From Bdellovibrionales bacterium (GTDB lineage Bacteria > Bdellovibrionota > UBA1018): 32,000 nt of DNA. The notes below the pieces were generated by a model that had not been told where the DNA came from, did no database searches, and saw only the letters and a list, made by a program, of their open reading frames with translations. The stretch covers positions 151,758 through 183,757 of the forward strand of contig JAFEAP010000023.1 in NCBI GenBank assembly GCA_018266355.1, given 5' to 3'. This document shows, piece after piece, positions 17,571-26,283 of this stretch (its first letter is position 1; the number at the start of each line of letters is the position of its first letter). Made by a program: the position numbers and the translations under genes.

Positions 17571-18334
17571 TATTTCCCCTCGCTTTCGGAGGCGAGACCC
17601 CGGGTCGCGCGTTTGCGATCGAGGTATTTCTTCAGGGCCAAGTTCTGCGGATTCAGCCGGAGCGACTGCTGCCAGGACCGGACGGCGAGCTCGTAGCGGC
17701 CGAGGCGGTCGAGAAGCGTGCCGCGCATCTCATAGAGTTTAGGGGCGGTCGGGAAGTCGACGAGGAGGTCCTCGACCTCGAGGAGCGAGGCTTCGTAACG
17801 GCCTTCACGGTAGAGACGTTTGATGCGGTCGAGACCGGCGAGGTAGCTCTTATCCGCGTGCGGCGTCGAATCGGCGGAAGGCATCACGCCGAGGGTCTGT
17901 TCGATGTCGTTCCGTTCGCCCTCGAACTCGCCGCCGTTTTTCGGGAACGATTCGGTGATTTCGCGGTCGGCGATGACCGGCTTCTTGTTCCGGTAGGGAT
18001 CGTCGAGGTCGGCCGTGGTTTCGTCCGCGCCGGCCGCACGGGTCGGCAGCGAGACTTCGTCGAGCTTCGTCGACTGGTCGGGGAAGGTGACTTCGAAACT
18101 GCGGTCGCCCTTACGCGTGCGGAAAACGGTTCCGGTCTCGGCGGTCGCGGCCGCGCCGCCGCCGGCTTGGTACCCTTCGAAAGGATTCGTGATCGGACCG
18201 TCGGATTTTTTCTCGTTCGTGGCGAAGACCGTGCTCATCGTGGAACAAGCGGGGACGGCGGCGAGCACGACGAGCGTCGTCGTGAAGGCTCGGGTCATCT
18301 CGGCTAGGTTTTTCTCGGGTTTGCGGTTCGCCAT
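17570..18334 (-). CDS. TPR-containing lipoprotein
   Basis: 254 aa. Lipobox LVVLAAVPAC. TPR-like SLLEVEDLLVDFPTAPKLYEMRGTLLDRLGRYELAVRSWQQSLRLNPQNLALKKYLD. Overlaps the next gene by 1 nt (TAATG). Confidence 0.7.
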   Translation of the reverse strand: MANRKPEKNLAEMTRAFTTTLVVLAAVPACSTMSTVFATNEKKSDGPITNPFEGYQAGGGAAATAETGTVFRTRKGDRSFEVTFPDQSTKLDEVSLPTRAAGADETTADLDDPYRNKKPVIADREITESFPKNGGEFEGERNDIEQTLGVMPSADSTPHADKSYLAGLDRIKRLYREGRYEASLLEVEDLLVDFPTAPKLYEMRGTLLDRLGRYELAVRSWQQSLRLNPQNLALKKYLDRKRATRGLASESEGK

Positions 18335-18353
18335 AAAATCCCTTTAAATCCTT

Positions 18354-19475
18354 TTAAAACAGGGCACTGATGCCCAATCCATATTCGATCCCGGAAACGC
18401 TTTTCTCGGTCCCGGTGATGAGCGTCGTCGCCTTCGGCCGGTAACCGAGCGTCGTGCTCACGGCCCAGTGCTTCGCGAGCCGCCATTCGTAGCCCGCGCG
18501 GAAGACTCCGCCGAGGTAGCCCGACGCGTACGTGCCGCCGACCCCGGTGACGATCGTACCGCGCACCTGGTTGTAGTTCTCTTCCGCGCCGATCAGGTTC
18601 CACGCGTGGACGAAGAGCATCGTCATGTTGAAGGAACCGTAGATGCGGGCGCCGGTATCCGTCGTGGTCGACTCGACCGGCGATCCGGAGAGCGTACGGA
18701 CGTCGGTGATGTAGTCGAGTTCGAACCCGACTTCCTTTTTCCGGTTGTCGTAGCGTTCGACGAGGCGGAAACCGAGGCTCAGGCAACTCGAGCGCTCCCC
18801 CGCGTCCGGTTCGTTCAGGTAAGAGATCGTCCCGCGGTATTGGAGCGTCGGGATGTATTCGTTTTGTTTCACGGAAGCTTCCATCTGGGAGAAATCGACG
18901 CCTCGACGGTACGCGGAAGCGCGGGAGGTCTCCGAATTGTAACTGCGCGACCAGACGACGCTTCCCGTAGCGGCGTCGGCCGTCGTCATCGAGAGCACCA
19001 TTCCGGTGGGTTGGAACGAGAACGCGAGATCCATGAAGTTTTCGATGCCCTGGGCCTTCGCGATGCGCGCGAGTTCGTTCGGATTCAACTCCGCGGAAGT
19101 CACGAGGATCTGGTCTTGGTTCAGCGTCGCCTTGCGTGCGCGGCACGGAAGACACTGCACGACGCGCGTCTTCGTCGTGGCGAGGATCTTTTCGGTGACG
19201 ACGAGTTCGAGGTGGTTCCGGAACGACGGCGGGATGTTCTCGCTCATCGCGATGTTCCGGATCGCGAGATCCTTCAATCCGCTCACGCTTCCGTTTTTCA
19301 GGTCGTATTCGAAATCGGAGAGGAGGTCGCCGAGGACATCGTAGAAATTCCGCGTCTCGGTTTGGGAAGCCGCGTGCGCGCGCGCCGGCATCGCCGACGT
19401 GAGTACAGCGAGGGTGGTAGCGAGTGCAGTGATGAAGCGGCGATTCTGAAGATTCATAGAGGGTCTTTCGGACAC
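18354..19475 (-). CDS. Exported protein with CsgG/FlgO-like N-terminal domain and C-terminal outer-membrane beta-barrel
   Basis: 373 aa if GTG 19475, or ATG 19457 (MNLQNRRFITALATTLAVLTSAMPARAHAA signal). LELVVTEKILATTKTRVV...GMVLSMTTADAATGSVVWSRSYNSE is CsgG/FlgO-like. Alternating strands end in YGLGISALF with terminal Phe. Confidence 0.6.
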   Translation of the reverse strand: MSERPSMNLQNRRFITALATTLAVLTSAMPARAHAASQTETRNFYDVLGDLLSDFEYDLKNGSVSGLKDLAIRNIAMSENIPPSFRNHLELVVTEKILATTKTRVVQCLPCRARKATLNQDQILVTSAELNPNELARIAKAQGIENFMDLAFSFQPTGMVLSMTTADAATGSVVWSRSYNSETSRASAYRRGVDFSQMEASVKQNEYIPTLQYRGTISYLNEPDAGERSSCLSLGFRLVERYDNRKKEVGFELDYITDVRTLSGSPVESTTTDTGARIYGSFNMTMLFVHAWNLIGAEENYNQVRGTIVTGVGGTYASGYLGGVFRAGYEWRLAKHWAVSTTLGYRPKATTLITGTEKSVSGIEYGLGISALF

Positions 19476-19504
19476 TCCTTCCTCACTCCCGTTTCGGGTC
19501 GGGA

Positions 19505-19526
19505 CGAAAACTTCTTTAAGTTTTCG
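19505..19526. promoter_or_regulatory. Perfect 9-bp inverted repeat upstream of the six-gene operon
   Basis: CGAAAACTT-CTTT-AAGTTTTCG read directly from the sequence. Confidence 0.4.
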
Positions 19527-19632
19527 GGGCTTAGGCAGAGATTTCCGGGTTCGGCGACGAGAGTGATGAAAACATGACTCAGGAAATCAGTCGGGTATTC
19601 CGATGAGGACGGGTGAAGGACTCCGGAATCGC

Positions 19633-20607
19633 ATGGGAAACCGTCTTCTCCGCCCGACATCGACGAAATTCGTCAGCGCCAGCTTCCTGGCGGCGCTCGT
19701 CGGCGGCCTTTCCTCGTGCGCGGTCCTCCAACCGAACGTGATCGAACCGACGGCCGACGCGCCCGCGCCGCCCGCCGCCGTGGAGGCGCCCGGTTACGCC
19801 GGCGTTCCGCATCCGCTCGGACTCCAAATCGGCGACGTCGCCGCGCTCTTCGCGACGCCCGGTGCGCCGAAGCGCGGAAGCGACGAGATGAAGACCTGCG
19901 CGGCCGACTACGATGCGCTCGCGAAGGCCACTAAGGCCAAGGACGAACTCAAACAAGGACTCCTCGAACTCGTCCGTAAGGAGCCGATCCGTTATCACTG
20001 GTGCTTTTACTCGAAGATCCTCGACCTCGAGGAGAAACTCCGCGGGGCCCAGATGCTCGACGATCGCCAGCGTGCGGTCGTCGAAGCGTATCGATTCCTC
20101 GCGCCGCTTTCGCGCGTTTTCTACCGCGAATTCCACGACTCCCGGTACCTGCGGTGGGCGGTCTCGTACTACCGCCGCGCGAGCGAACTCGCGTTCTATC
20201 GGCGGGTCGAGACTTCGCCGGGATTGACCCAGGAACTCGTCGGCGCGGGCGGCGACGAGACCACGCGAGGAATCACCGAGAAGGCGACGAGCGTGCTCGA
20301 AAAGTACGGGATCATCGTCCCGGAACGCCTCCAGCCCGGGCAGAGTCCCGACGAGATTCCGAAGGGTGACGCCCTTCCGAGCGACGCTTACGTGAATACC
20401 GGTTCAGGCGTGCTCGATAGCACGGCGACCGGCAGCGAAGCCAAGCCCGGCGCAGGAGCTGAAGATCCGACGGCGTCCACCGCCGCCTCTAATCCTCCTG
20501 CGGCAGCTCCGGACTCCGTCGTTCCGGACGCTCCCGCCGAAACGTCGCGCGCGCCCGCGGCTGAGAGTTCGTTTCCGGCGCTGACGAACCCGCTGCAAGG
20601 CGAATAG
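19633..20607 (+). CDS. Hypothetical lipoprotein
   Basis: 324 aa from MGNRLLRP (track ORF from 19603). Lipobox LVGGLSSC; Ala/Pro-rich C-terminus. Confidence 0.6.
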   Translation: MGNRLLRPTSTKFVSASFLAALVGGLSSCAVLQPNVIEPTADAPAPPAAVEAPGYAGVPHPLGLQIGDVAALFATPGAPKRGSDEMKTCAADYDALAKATKAKDELKQGLLELVRKEPIRYHWCFYSKILDLEEKLRGAQMLDDRQRAVVEAYRFLAPLSRVFYREFHDSRYLRWAVSYYRRASELAFYRRVETSPGLTQELVGAGGDETTRGITEKATSVLEKYGIIVPERLQPGQSPDEIPKGDALPSDAYVNTGSGVLDSTATGSEAKPGAGAEDPTASTAASNPPAAAPDSVVPDAPAETSRAPAAESSFPALTNPLQGE

Positions 20608-20643
20608 CCGTTTGCCAGTCCGCGCGCCATGGGCCGGTCCCGC

Positions 20644-20743
20644 GTAGCCAATTGTGCGTTTTGGATCGGCAATCGCTCACGAACGGACCGGAACCCTTCA
20701 GCTTTTCGGAGAACGCCGAAAACCAAAACGCACAAATGGCTAC
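20644..20743. repeat. 100-bp palindromic element with 21-bp inverted arms
   Basis: GTAGCCAATTGTGCGTTTTGG (20644..20664) versus CCAAAACGCACAAATGGCTAC (20723..20743), 20/21 complementary. Inner TTTTCGG/CCGAAAA 7-bp inverted repeat at 20703..20722. Confidence 0.75.
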
Positions 20744-20785
20744 GGAGCCCGGGTTCGTCGAAGCGGGCCGCCTCGATCGACGCTT

Positions 20786-21661
20786 CTAGGCCGCGATCGA
20801 TCCGGTATCGGACTCCGCGGCGATTTCGGCGGTCTTTTCGCTGGAAATCCGCGCTCGCGCGACGGACATGCGTTCGGCGACGAGCGGATGGGGTTCGCCG
20901 CCGATCGCGCGTTGGAGCGTTTCGAGGGCCTCGAGCAACCGGCCCGGCGAGACGCCGAGGCGATCCATCGCGTGGGCGTCGGCCTCGAATTCCTGATCCC
21001 AGAGGAGGCGGCGGACGGTCATCCAGGTGAGCGCGGCCGGGATCACGCCGCTCAGGAGCGAGAGGAAACCGCCGAATTCCGTATAGCCGCTCCAATGAAG
21101 TCCGATGAGCGCGATCGAGGTGAAGAAGGAAGCCGCGACGAAAGTCGTGATGCCCGCGAACACGCGTTTCCCGAGGTGACGGCAGGCGAGGTGGGAATAC
21201 TCGTGGGCGAGCACGGCTTCGAGCGCCGGACGCGGGAGGATCCGCGCGGCGCCTTCGGCGACGAAGATCGCCGGCCGGAACGGACCGAAACCGAAGGAGA
21301 AACCGGAGACGAAGACGTTCGGGGCTCCGCCGGGCAGATCGGCATCGGCGGCGGCGAAAAGACGGATTCCGTTCCACTCGCCGATCGGGCGCGCGAAGAA
21401 CGCGTGACGAAGGACGAGGGGGCTCGCGAAGAGGCTCGCGGAAGCGCCGGCCGCGAAGCCGGCGACCGTCGAAAGGACGACGACGAGGAGCTGGAGGACC
21501 GGTGACCCTTCGTGGAGGGCGGTGCGACCGACGAGGAGCACGCCGCCGACGCATCCGGCGAAGAGGCCGATCGCGGTGATTCCGATCACGCTTCCGAAAA
21601 GAAGAACGTTCGAGAGTTGGTTCCGAAGGCGGTGATGGAAATGATCGCGAATCGCATCCAT
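20786..21661 (-). CDS. M48-family membrane metalloprotease
   Basis: 291 aa. LEAVLAHEYSHLACRHLGKRVFAG (HExxH), downstream EFEADAHAMDRLG, several hydrophobic segments. Confidence 0.85.
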   Translation of the reverse strand: MDAIRDHFHHRLRNQLSNVLLFGSVIGITAIGLFAGCVGGVLLVGRTALHEGSPVLQLLVVVLSTVAGFAAGASASLFASPLVLRHAFFARPIGEWNGIRLFAAADADLPGGAPNVFVSGFSFGFGPFRPAIFVAEGAARILPRPALEAVLAHEYSHLACRHLGKRVFAGITTFVAASFFTSIALIGLHWSGYTEFGGFLSLLSGVIPAALTWMTVRRLLWDQEFEADAHAMDRLGVSPGRLLEALETLQRAIGGEPHPLVAERMSVARARISSEKTAEIAAESDTGSIAA

Positions 21662-21718
21662 TCCTTTACCGGATCGGGTCGGTGGACGCGCGCCTGAACG
21701 GGCAGAGACTGCCTACCC

Positions 21719-22831
21719 CTACTCCGGGATCAGCCCGCGGGCCCAGTCTTGCGGGCGTCGGATCCGCCAGATGAACCCGTCGAGGACGTAGTGGGTCGCT
21801 TGGGGGAGCGTCAGCAGGGCGACGAGGATCGCGGTCAGCGCCGGTCCGGGCCGGAAGTCGCCGAGGAATCGGTGAAATTCGGGAAAGAGCGCGACGTGAT
21901 CGCGCCAGATCCAAACGTCCCAGAACCCCTCCTCGAGGTAGGCGAGGAGGAAGAGTACCCCGAGGTAGACGGGGACGAGGGAGAGCGTGAAGAAACGTCC
22001 GCTTCGGATTCGATACGCGCCGACGGAAAGCACGCGACGCGGGTCTCGCTCGGAGCCGGTTCGCCCGGTGATCCACACGAGTGCGAGGTAAGGCACGCCG
22101 TGGGCGACGACGTTCGTCAGCGTGAAAAGGAGATCGCTGTTGAAGACGACGATCCCGACGTTCCACGCGAGCGCCGTTCCGACGATCCAAAGCACCTTCG
22201 TCGCCGAGAATCGGCCGATGCGTCGACGGACGGAGAACTGCTCGAGGATCCAAGCCGCGCCGATCGCGAGCGCCGCGATCCGGGCGAGGAGCTCGACTGC
22301 GGGCGGAAGTCCGGTCGCGAAATCTCCTGCGATGAACCAAACGAAGTCGCGCGGGAGATGCGCATGCCAGTACACGAGGGGATAGAGGGTCGCCGCGTAG
22401 ACCGCCGCGCGGTCGAGGGGGGTGACGCCGCTTCCGTCCTTCGCTCCGTAGAGCGCGAGAAATCCGTACTGCTGCCTTACGAAGTGGAAGACCGCGACGT
22501 AAGTGAGCACGCGCCAAAAGAGCGCGGGATCGACCGAGTGGATGAGCGCGCCGACCGCCCATGCCGCGATCGGGATCCACAGGAGCGCTCCGCGGTGCTC
22601 CGCGCGTTCCTTCGGATCGAGGTAAGTCCGAAAGAGCGTCGAGTAGACGTGGGCGACGTCGACGAGCAAGACGAGGGCGAGCCATCCGTACGGGCCGAGG
22701 CTAGGGATCTCGAGCTCTCGCGCGCGCGCGTAGACTCCGACGGCGATCGCGGCGGCGGCTGTGAACCACGCGGGCCCGATGAAGAACGCGAGATCGAATC
22801 CGGGGCCGCGGATCCACCTAGACTTTTCCAC
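21719..22831 (-). CDS. Polytopic membrane protein with conserved-looking histidines
   Basis: 370 aa, multiple TM helices; VDVAHVYSTLFRTYLDP, VAVFHFVRQQYGF, YWHAHLPRDF, VVAHGVPYLAL, QATHYVLDGFIWR. Confidence 0.65.
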   Translation of the reverse strand: MEKSRWIRGPGFDLAFFIGPAWFTAAAAIAVGVYARARELEIPSLGPYGWLALVLLVDVAHVYSTLFRTYLDPKERAEHRGALLWIPIAAWAVGALIHSVDPALFWRVLTYVAVFHFVRQQYGFLALYGAKDGSGVTPLDRAAVYAATLYPLVYWHAHLPRDFVWFIAGDFATGLPPAVELLARIAALAIGAAWILEQFSVRRRIGRFSATKVLWIVGTALAWNVGIVVFNSDLLFTLTNVVAHGVPYLALVWITGRTGSERDPRRVLSVGAYRIRSGRFFTLSLVPVYLGVLFLLAYLEEGFWDVWIWRDHVALFPEFHRFLGDFRPGPALTAILVALLTLPQATHYVLDGFIWRIRRPQDWARGLIPE

Positions 22832-24524
22832 GGCGCTCCGTCCGTCCGAGATCGGAGAGCACCCGCTTCGCGGCGAGGACCCCCCGGTACTGGGCCTCCT
22901 CGAAAAGCGACATCCCCGAGATATCCGAATGCGCGAAATGCACGCGGCCGAACGAGCGCTCGAGGCCCGCGCGCTCGTCGCCCGAGAGGTATCCGGGCGC
23001 GGGCGAGATCATCCCGTGACCCCAAACCCGGTAATCGATTCGTGTCACGCGGCTTCGGATATCGGGATGCATCCCCTCGAGGTCGGCGAGGATCCGTTCG
23101 CGCCATTCGGCGGGCGTCGTCCGCGCGGCACGGAGGCGGGCCTCCTTCGCCGGCCGATCGGAAAGCGGCCAGTAATGAGTGAGGACGCTCCCTCGCGCGA
23201 TCGACTCGGTCTGGTGAGTCGCGACGACGTAGCCGAGCGAGTCCGAGTAATAACTCACGTTATCCCACGCGGTGAGCGGAGCGTGACCTTCCTCGGTCGT
23301 CCCTGGGAGATCCTCGACGGTCAAGTTCGCGACCAGCCAGGGGGCGTAAACGGCCGAGTCGATCGGCGCGCGGGCCGCTTCGGGCAGGATCCGATTCGCG
23401 ACGAACCGTGGAGTCGCGACGACGACGCTCTTCGCGCGGATCCGGGAGCGGGCCCCGTCGTTCGCGCGCAACGTATCGACGAGTACCGCGTCGCCCTCGA
23501 CCGAGATCCGGGTCGCGGCCTCGCCGGCGCGGATTTTTCCCGCACCGAGGGCCCGCAGTTTCCCGGCGAGGAATCCGTTCCCCTCCGGCCAGGCGAGAAT
23601 CGCCTGGGAATCGGCGTTTGCGGCGACGCCGCGCCGGGCGGCATGGTAATGGATGCCGGCCCAAGCCGACGTGCGCTCGAGCGGGCTGCCGAAATCGTCG
23701 CGACACGCGTAGTTCAAGTACCACCGCAGCGGCCGCGACCGATATCCCTCGCGGTCGAGCCATTCCGCCATCGACATCCGATCGAGCTCCGCGAGGTCCT
23801 TCGCGCGGAAACGGTCGCGCGACCCTTCCGCGATCGGGATCGCGAAGATCGGCCGTCCGTCGGAACCTTTCCGGTCGCCGAAGCGGCGCATTTCGTCGAA
23901 GAACCGCCGCATCTCAGCGCGTTCGTCGCCGGTGAGTCCCGCTTGGGGCACGATGCCTTCCTGGAATTTTCCCTCGATCCAGAGCCGTTCGACGGCGTCG
24001 TGGCAGATCATCGTCTCGTCGAACGTCGGGCGTCCCTTTCCGTCCCGACCGGTGATCGCGCCGATTTCCTCGAGGAATTCGTGGACGAAGCGCGATTCCG
24101 CGTTCGGGATCGGAAGATAGTGGGCCCCCCACGGATAGGCGGAAACGGCGTTCTCGCCCGACATCGAGTTTCCGCCGGTGCGGTCCTCGAGTTCGAGGAG
24201 GAGGTAATCGGAAAATCCGTTCCGGGAGAGCCACCACGCGGCGGAGAGCCCCGCGATTCCGCCGCCGAGGACGAGGACCGGGACGTCTTCGATCGCTCCG
24301 GCGGGTGCCTCGGCGGGAATCGTCCCGTCGCGCAGCCGGTGGCCGAGGGCCGCGTTCGGCGAGTGCTCCTCGATCGGGATGGCGGTGAAGCGGAGGTCGC
24401 GCAGCCAACGGTGCCAGGGAAACGCGGCGGCGGCGAGAAAGCCGCCGGCCGCGATCAGGAAGTGCCGACGGTCGAAGGATCCGGCGCGCCTCGCGCGGTC
24501 AGTGGAGGTACGCGTCCCACTCAT
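22818..24524 (-). CDS. FAD-dependent (amine-oxidase-like) oxidoreductase with N-terminal export/anchor segment
   Basis: 568 aa. FDRRHFLIAAGGFLAAAAFPW and VPVLVLGGGIAGLSAAWWLSRNGFSDYLLLELEDRTGGNSMSG dinucleotide-binding motif. Confidence 0.8.
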   Translation of the reverse strand: MSGTRTSTDRARRAGSFDRRHFLIAAGGFLAAAAFPWHRWLRDLRFTAIPIEEHSPNAALGHRLRDGTIPAEAPAGAIEDVPVLVLGGGIAGLSAAWWLSRNGFSDYLLLELEDRTGGNSMSGENAVSAYPWGAHYLPIPNAESRFVHEFLEEIGAITGRDGKGRPTFDETMICHDAVERLWIEGKFQEGIVPQAGLTGDERAEMRRFFDEMRRFGDRKGSDGRPIFAIPIAEGSRDRFRAKDLAELDRMSMAEWLDREGYRSRPLRWYLNYACRDDFGSPLERTSAWAGIHYHAARRGVAANADSQAILAWPEGNGFLAGKLRALGAGKIRAGEAATRISVEGDAVLVDTLRANDGARSRIRAKSVVVATPRFVANRILPEAARAPIDSAVYAPWLVANLTVEDLPGTTEEGHAPLTAWDNVSYYSDSLGYVVATHQTESIARGSVLTHYWPLSDRPAKEARLRAARTTPAEWRERILADLEGMHPDIRSRVTRIDYRVWGHGMISPAPGYLSGDERAGLERSFGRVHFAHSDISGMSLFEEAQYRGVLAAKRVLSDLGRTERRGKV

Positions 24525-26064
24525 TTTCGAAGGTCCGGACGAGGATTTGATTGTTCAACCGATTTACCGAGTGCAGGACGGCGGGATCCGTCGCGCGCAT
24601 GTCGGCGGGAAACGCGAGGAGGAGCGGCGTGACCGCCGTCGAAAGGTACTGGAGTCCTTCCGGGTACTTCGTCGGGATTTTCCATCCGCCGAAATCGCCG
24701 AGGACGTATCCCCATTCCCCGAAGGACGGCACGTTCGTGTGGTACGGGTGCGTGCGGAACCCGGCCGAGGCGAGGGTGTTGTCGACGATTTGGAACGCGT
24801 TTTTCGCGACGTAAGGGGAGGTGCTCTGGATCACGACCGCGCCGCCGGGCGCGACGGCGCGCTTCAGCTCGCGGTAGAACGCGTCCGAATAGAGTTTTCC
24901 GATCGAGAAGTTCGAGGGGTCGGGAAAGTCGACGATCACGAAATCGAAGGTGTCCCGATTCGCACGCAACCAGACGAAAGCGTCGGCGTTCGTGATCGCG
25001 AGCTTCGGATTCCGGAGAGAGTCGCGGTTCAAACCCCGCAGGACGTCGTTGTTCGAAAAGAGCCGGGTCATCTCCGGATCGAGGTCGACGAGCCGGATCG
25101 ATTCGATCGAGGGGTAGCGGAAAACCTCGCGCGCGGCGAGCCCGTCGCCGCCGCCGAGGATGAGAACGCGTTTCGGATTTTCGATCCCGGCGAGTCCGAC
25201 GTGCACGAGCGCCTCGTGGTACCGGTACTCGTCGCGCGAGCTGAACTGGAGGTTCCCGTTCAGGAAGAGGCGGAGATCGTGCGGCGCCTGGGTCAGGACG
25301 ATCCGCTGGTAATGGGTCGCCTTCGAGTAGACGACCCGGTCCGGGAACGACGACGCGTCGGCGAGGCCCATGATCTGCTCGCCGAACGCGAAACCGACGA
25401 CGAGCGCGAGGAGAGCGAGGATTCCGCCGAACTGGAGCGCCGAGATCGAATGGAGCTGGCGGCGGAAGAGGTGAAGCGTCCAAAGCGCGACGACGACGTT
25501 CAAGATCCCGAAGAGGAACGCCGAGCGCACGAGGCCGAGGTGCGGGACGAGGACGAGGGGGAAGATGAGCGAGGCGAGCAGGGCGCCGATGTAGTCGACG
25601 GTGAAGACCTTCGAGACGAGGTCCCGGAACGCGTACTCCTTCCGGAGGATCCGCATGAGGAGGGGGATCTCGAGGCCGACGAGCGTGCCCGTGAGCATGA
25701 CGAGCGCGTAGAGGAGCACTCGGAAGGATCCGACGTGTTCGAACGCCGCGAAGAGGATCGCGGCCGAGAATCCTCCGACGAGTCCGACGAGGATCTCGAC
25801 GCGGATAAAGACCCGGGAAAGGTCCCGGGTGAAGAACTTCGAGGCGTACGAACCGATGCCCATCGAGAAGAGGTAGCACCCGATGATCGTCGAGAACTGG
25901 GTCACCGAATCTCCGAGGAGGTAACTCGCGAGCGCGCCCGCGATCAGTTCGTAGACGAGCCCGCACGTCGCGATCACGAAGACCGAGAGGAGCAGGACGA
26001 ACGCCGGCGAGAGTAACGTGCGTTCGGGGGCGTCGCCGTGAGCGGCGGCGCGCGCGTTAGCCAT
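24499..26064 (-). CDS. Spermidine-synthase-like aminopropyltransferase fused to N-terminal membrane domain
   Basis: 521 aa. N-terminal TM helices (FVIATCGLVYELIAGALASYLLG). C-terminal LFLNGNLQFSSRDEYRYHEALVHVGL, VLILGGGDGLAAREVFRYPSIESIRLVDLDPEM, FDFVIVDFPDPSNFSIGKLYSDAFYREL. Confidence 0.9.
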   Translation of the reverse strand: MANARAAAHGDAPERTLLSPAFVLLLSVFVIATCGLVYELIAGALASYLLGDSVTQFSTIIGCYLFSMGIGSYASKFFTRDLSRVFIRVEILVGLVGGFSAAILFAAFEHVGSFRVLLYALVMLTGTLVGLEIPLLMRILRKEYAFRDLVSKVFTVDYIGALLASLIFPLVLVPHLGLVRSAFLFGILNVVVALWTLHLFRRQLHSISALQFGGILALLALVVGFAFGEQIMGLADASSFPDRVVYSKATHYQRIVLTQAPHDLRLFLNGNLQFSSRDEYRYHEALVHVGLAGIENPKRVLILGGGDGLAAREVFRYPSIESIRLVDLDPEMTRLFSNNDVLRGLNRDSLRNPKLAITNADAFVWLRANRDTFDFVIVDFPDPSNFSIGKLYSDAFYRELKRAVAPGGAVVIQSTSPYVAKNAFQIVDNTLASAGFRTHPYHTNVPSFGEWGYVLGDFGGWKIPTKYPEGLQYLSTAVTPLLLAFPADMRATDPAVLHSVNRLNNQILVRTFENEWDAYLH

Positions 26065-26278
26065 GGACGGCGCTCGCGATGATCTGGGCGATGGCCATCG
26101 CCATCGATCCGACGACGATCGCGACCGCGATGTTCTTCTCCTGGCGGATCTCGTGCCAGAGGCTACCGGGGGTGATCTTGTCGAAGACGTAGAATCCGAC
26201 TCCGAGGGCGACGAGCCCGACGACGGAATAGACGAGGGCGGCGATGAGACTTTTCAATCCGAGGGCTTCCATGGGCAT
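26057..26278 (-). CDS. DUF350-like small membrane protein
   Basis: 73 aa, two TM: SVVGLVALGVGFYVFDKITPGSLWHEIRQEKNIAVAIVVGSMAMAIAQIIASAVHG. Confidence 0.75.
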   Translation of the reverse strand: MPMEALGLKSLIAALVYSVVGLVALGVGFYVFDKITPGSLWHEIRQEKNIAVAIVVGSMAMAIAQIIASAVHG

Positions 26279-26283
26279 TTCTC

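Noticed and set aside
20388-21554. 388-aa minus-strand ORF
   Set aside because: Highly Arg/Pro-rich shadow of the M48 protease frame, and it extends over the palindromic element.
22761-26016. Long plus-strand ORFs (22761..24632, 24379..26016) and 24521..25966 minus
   Set aside because: Shadows of the FAD oxidoreductase and spermidine-synthase-like genes; low-complexity Arg/Glu/Asp-rich translations.
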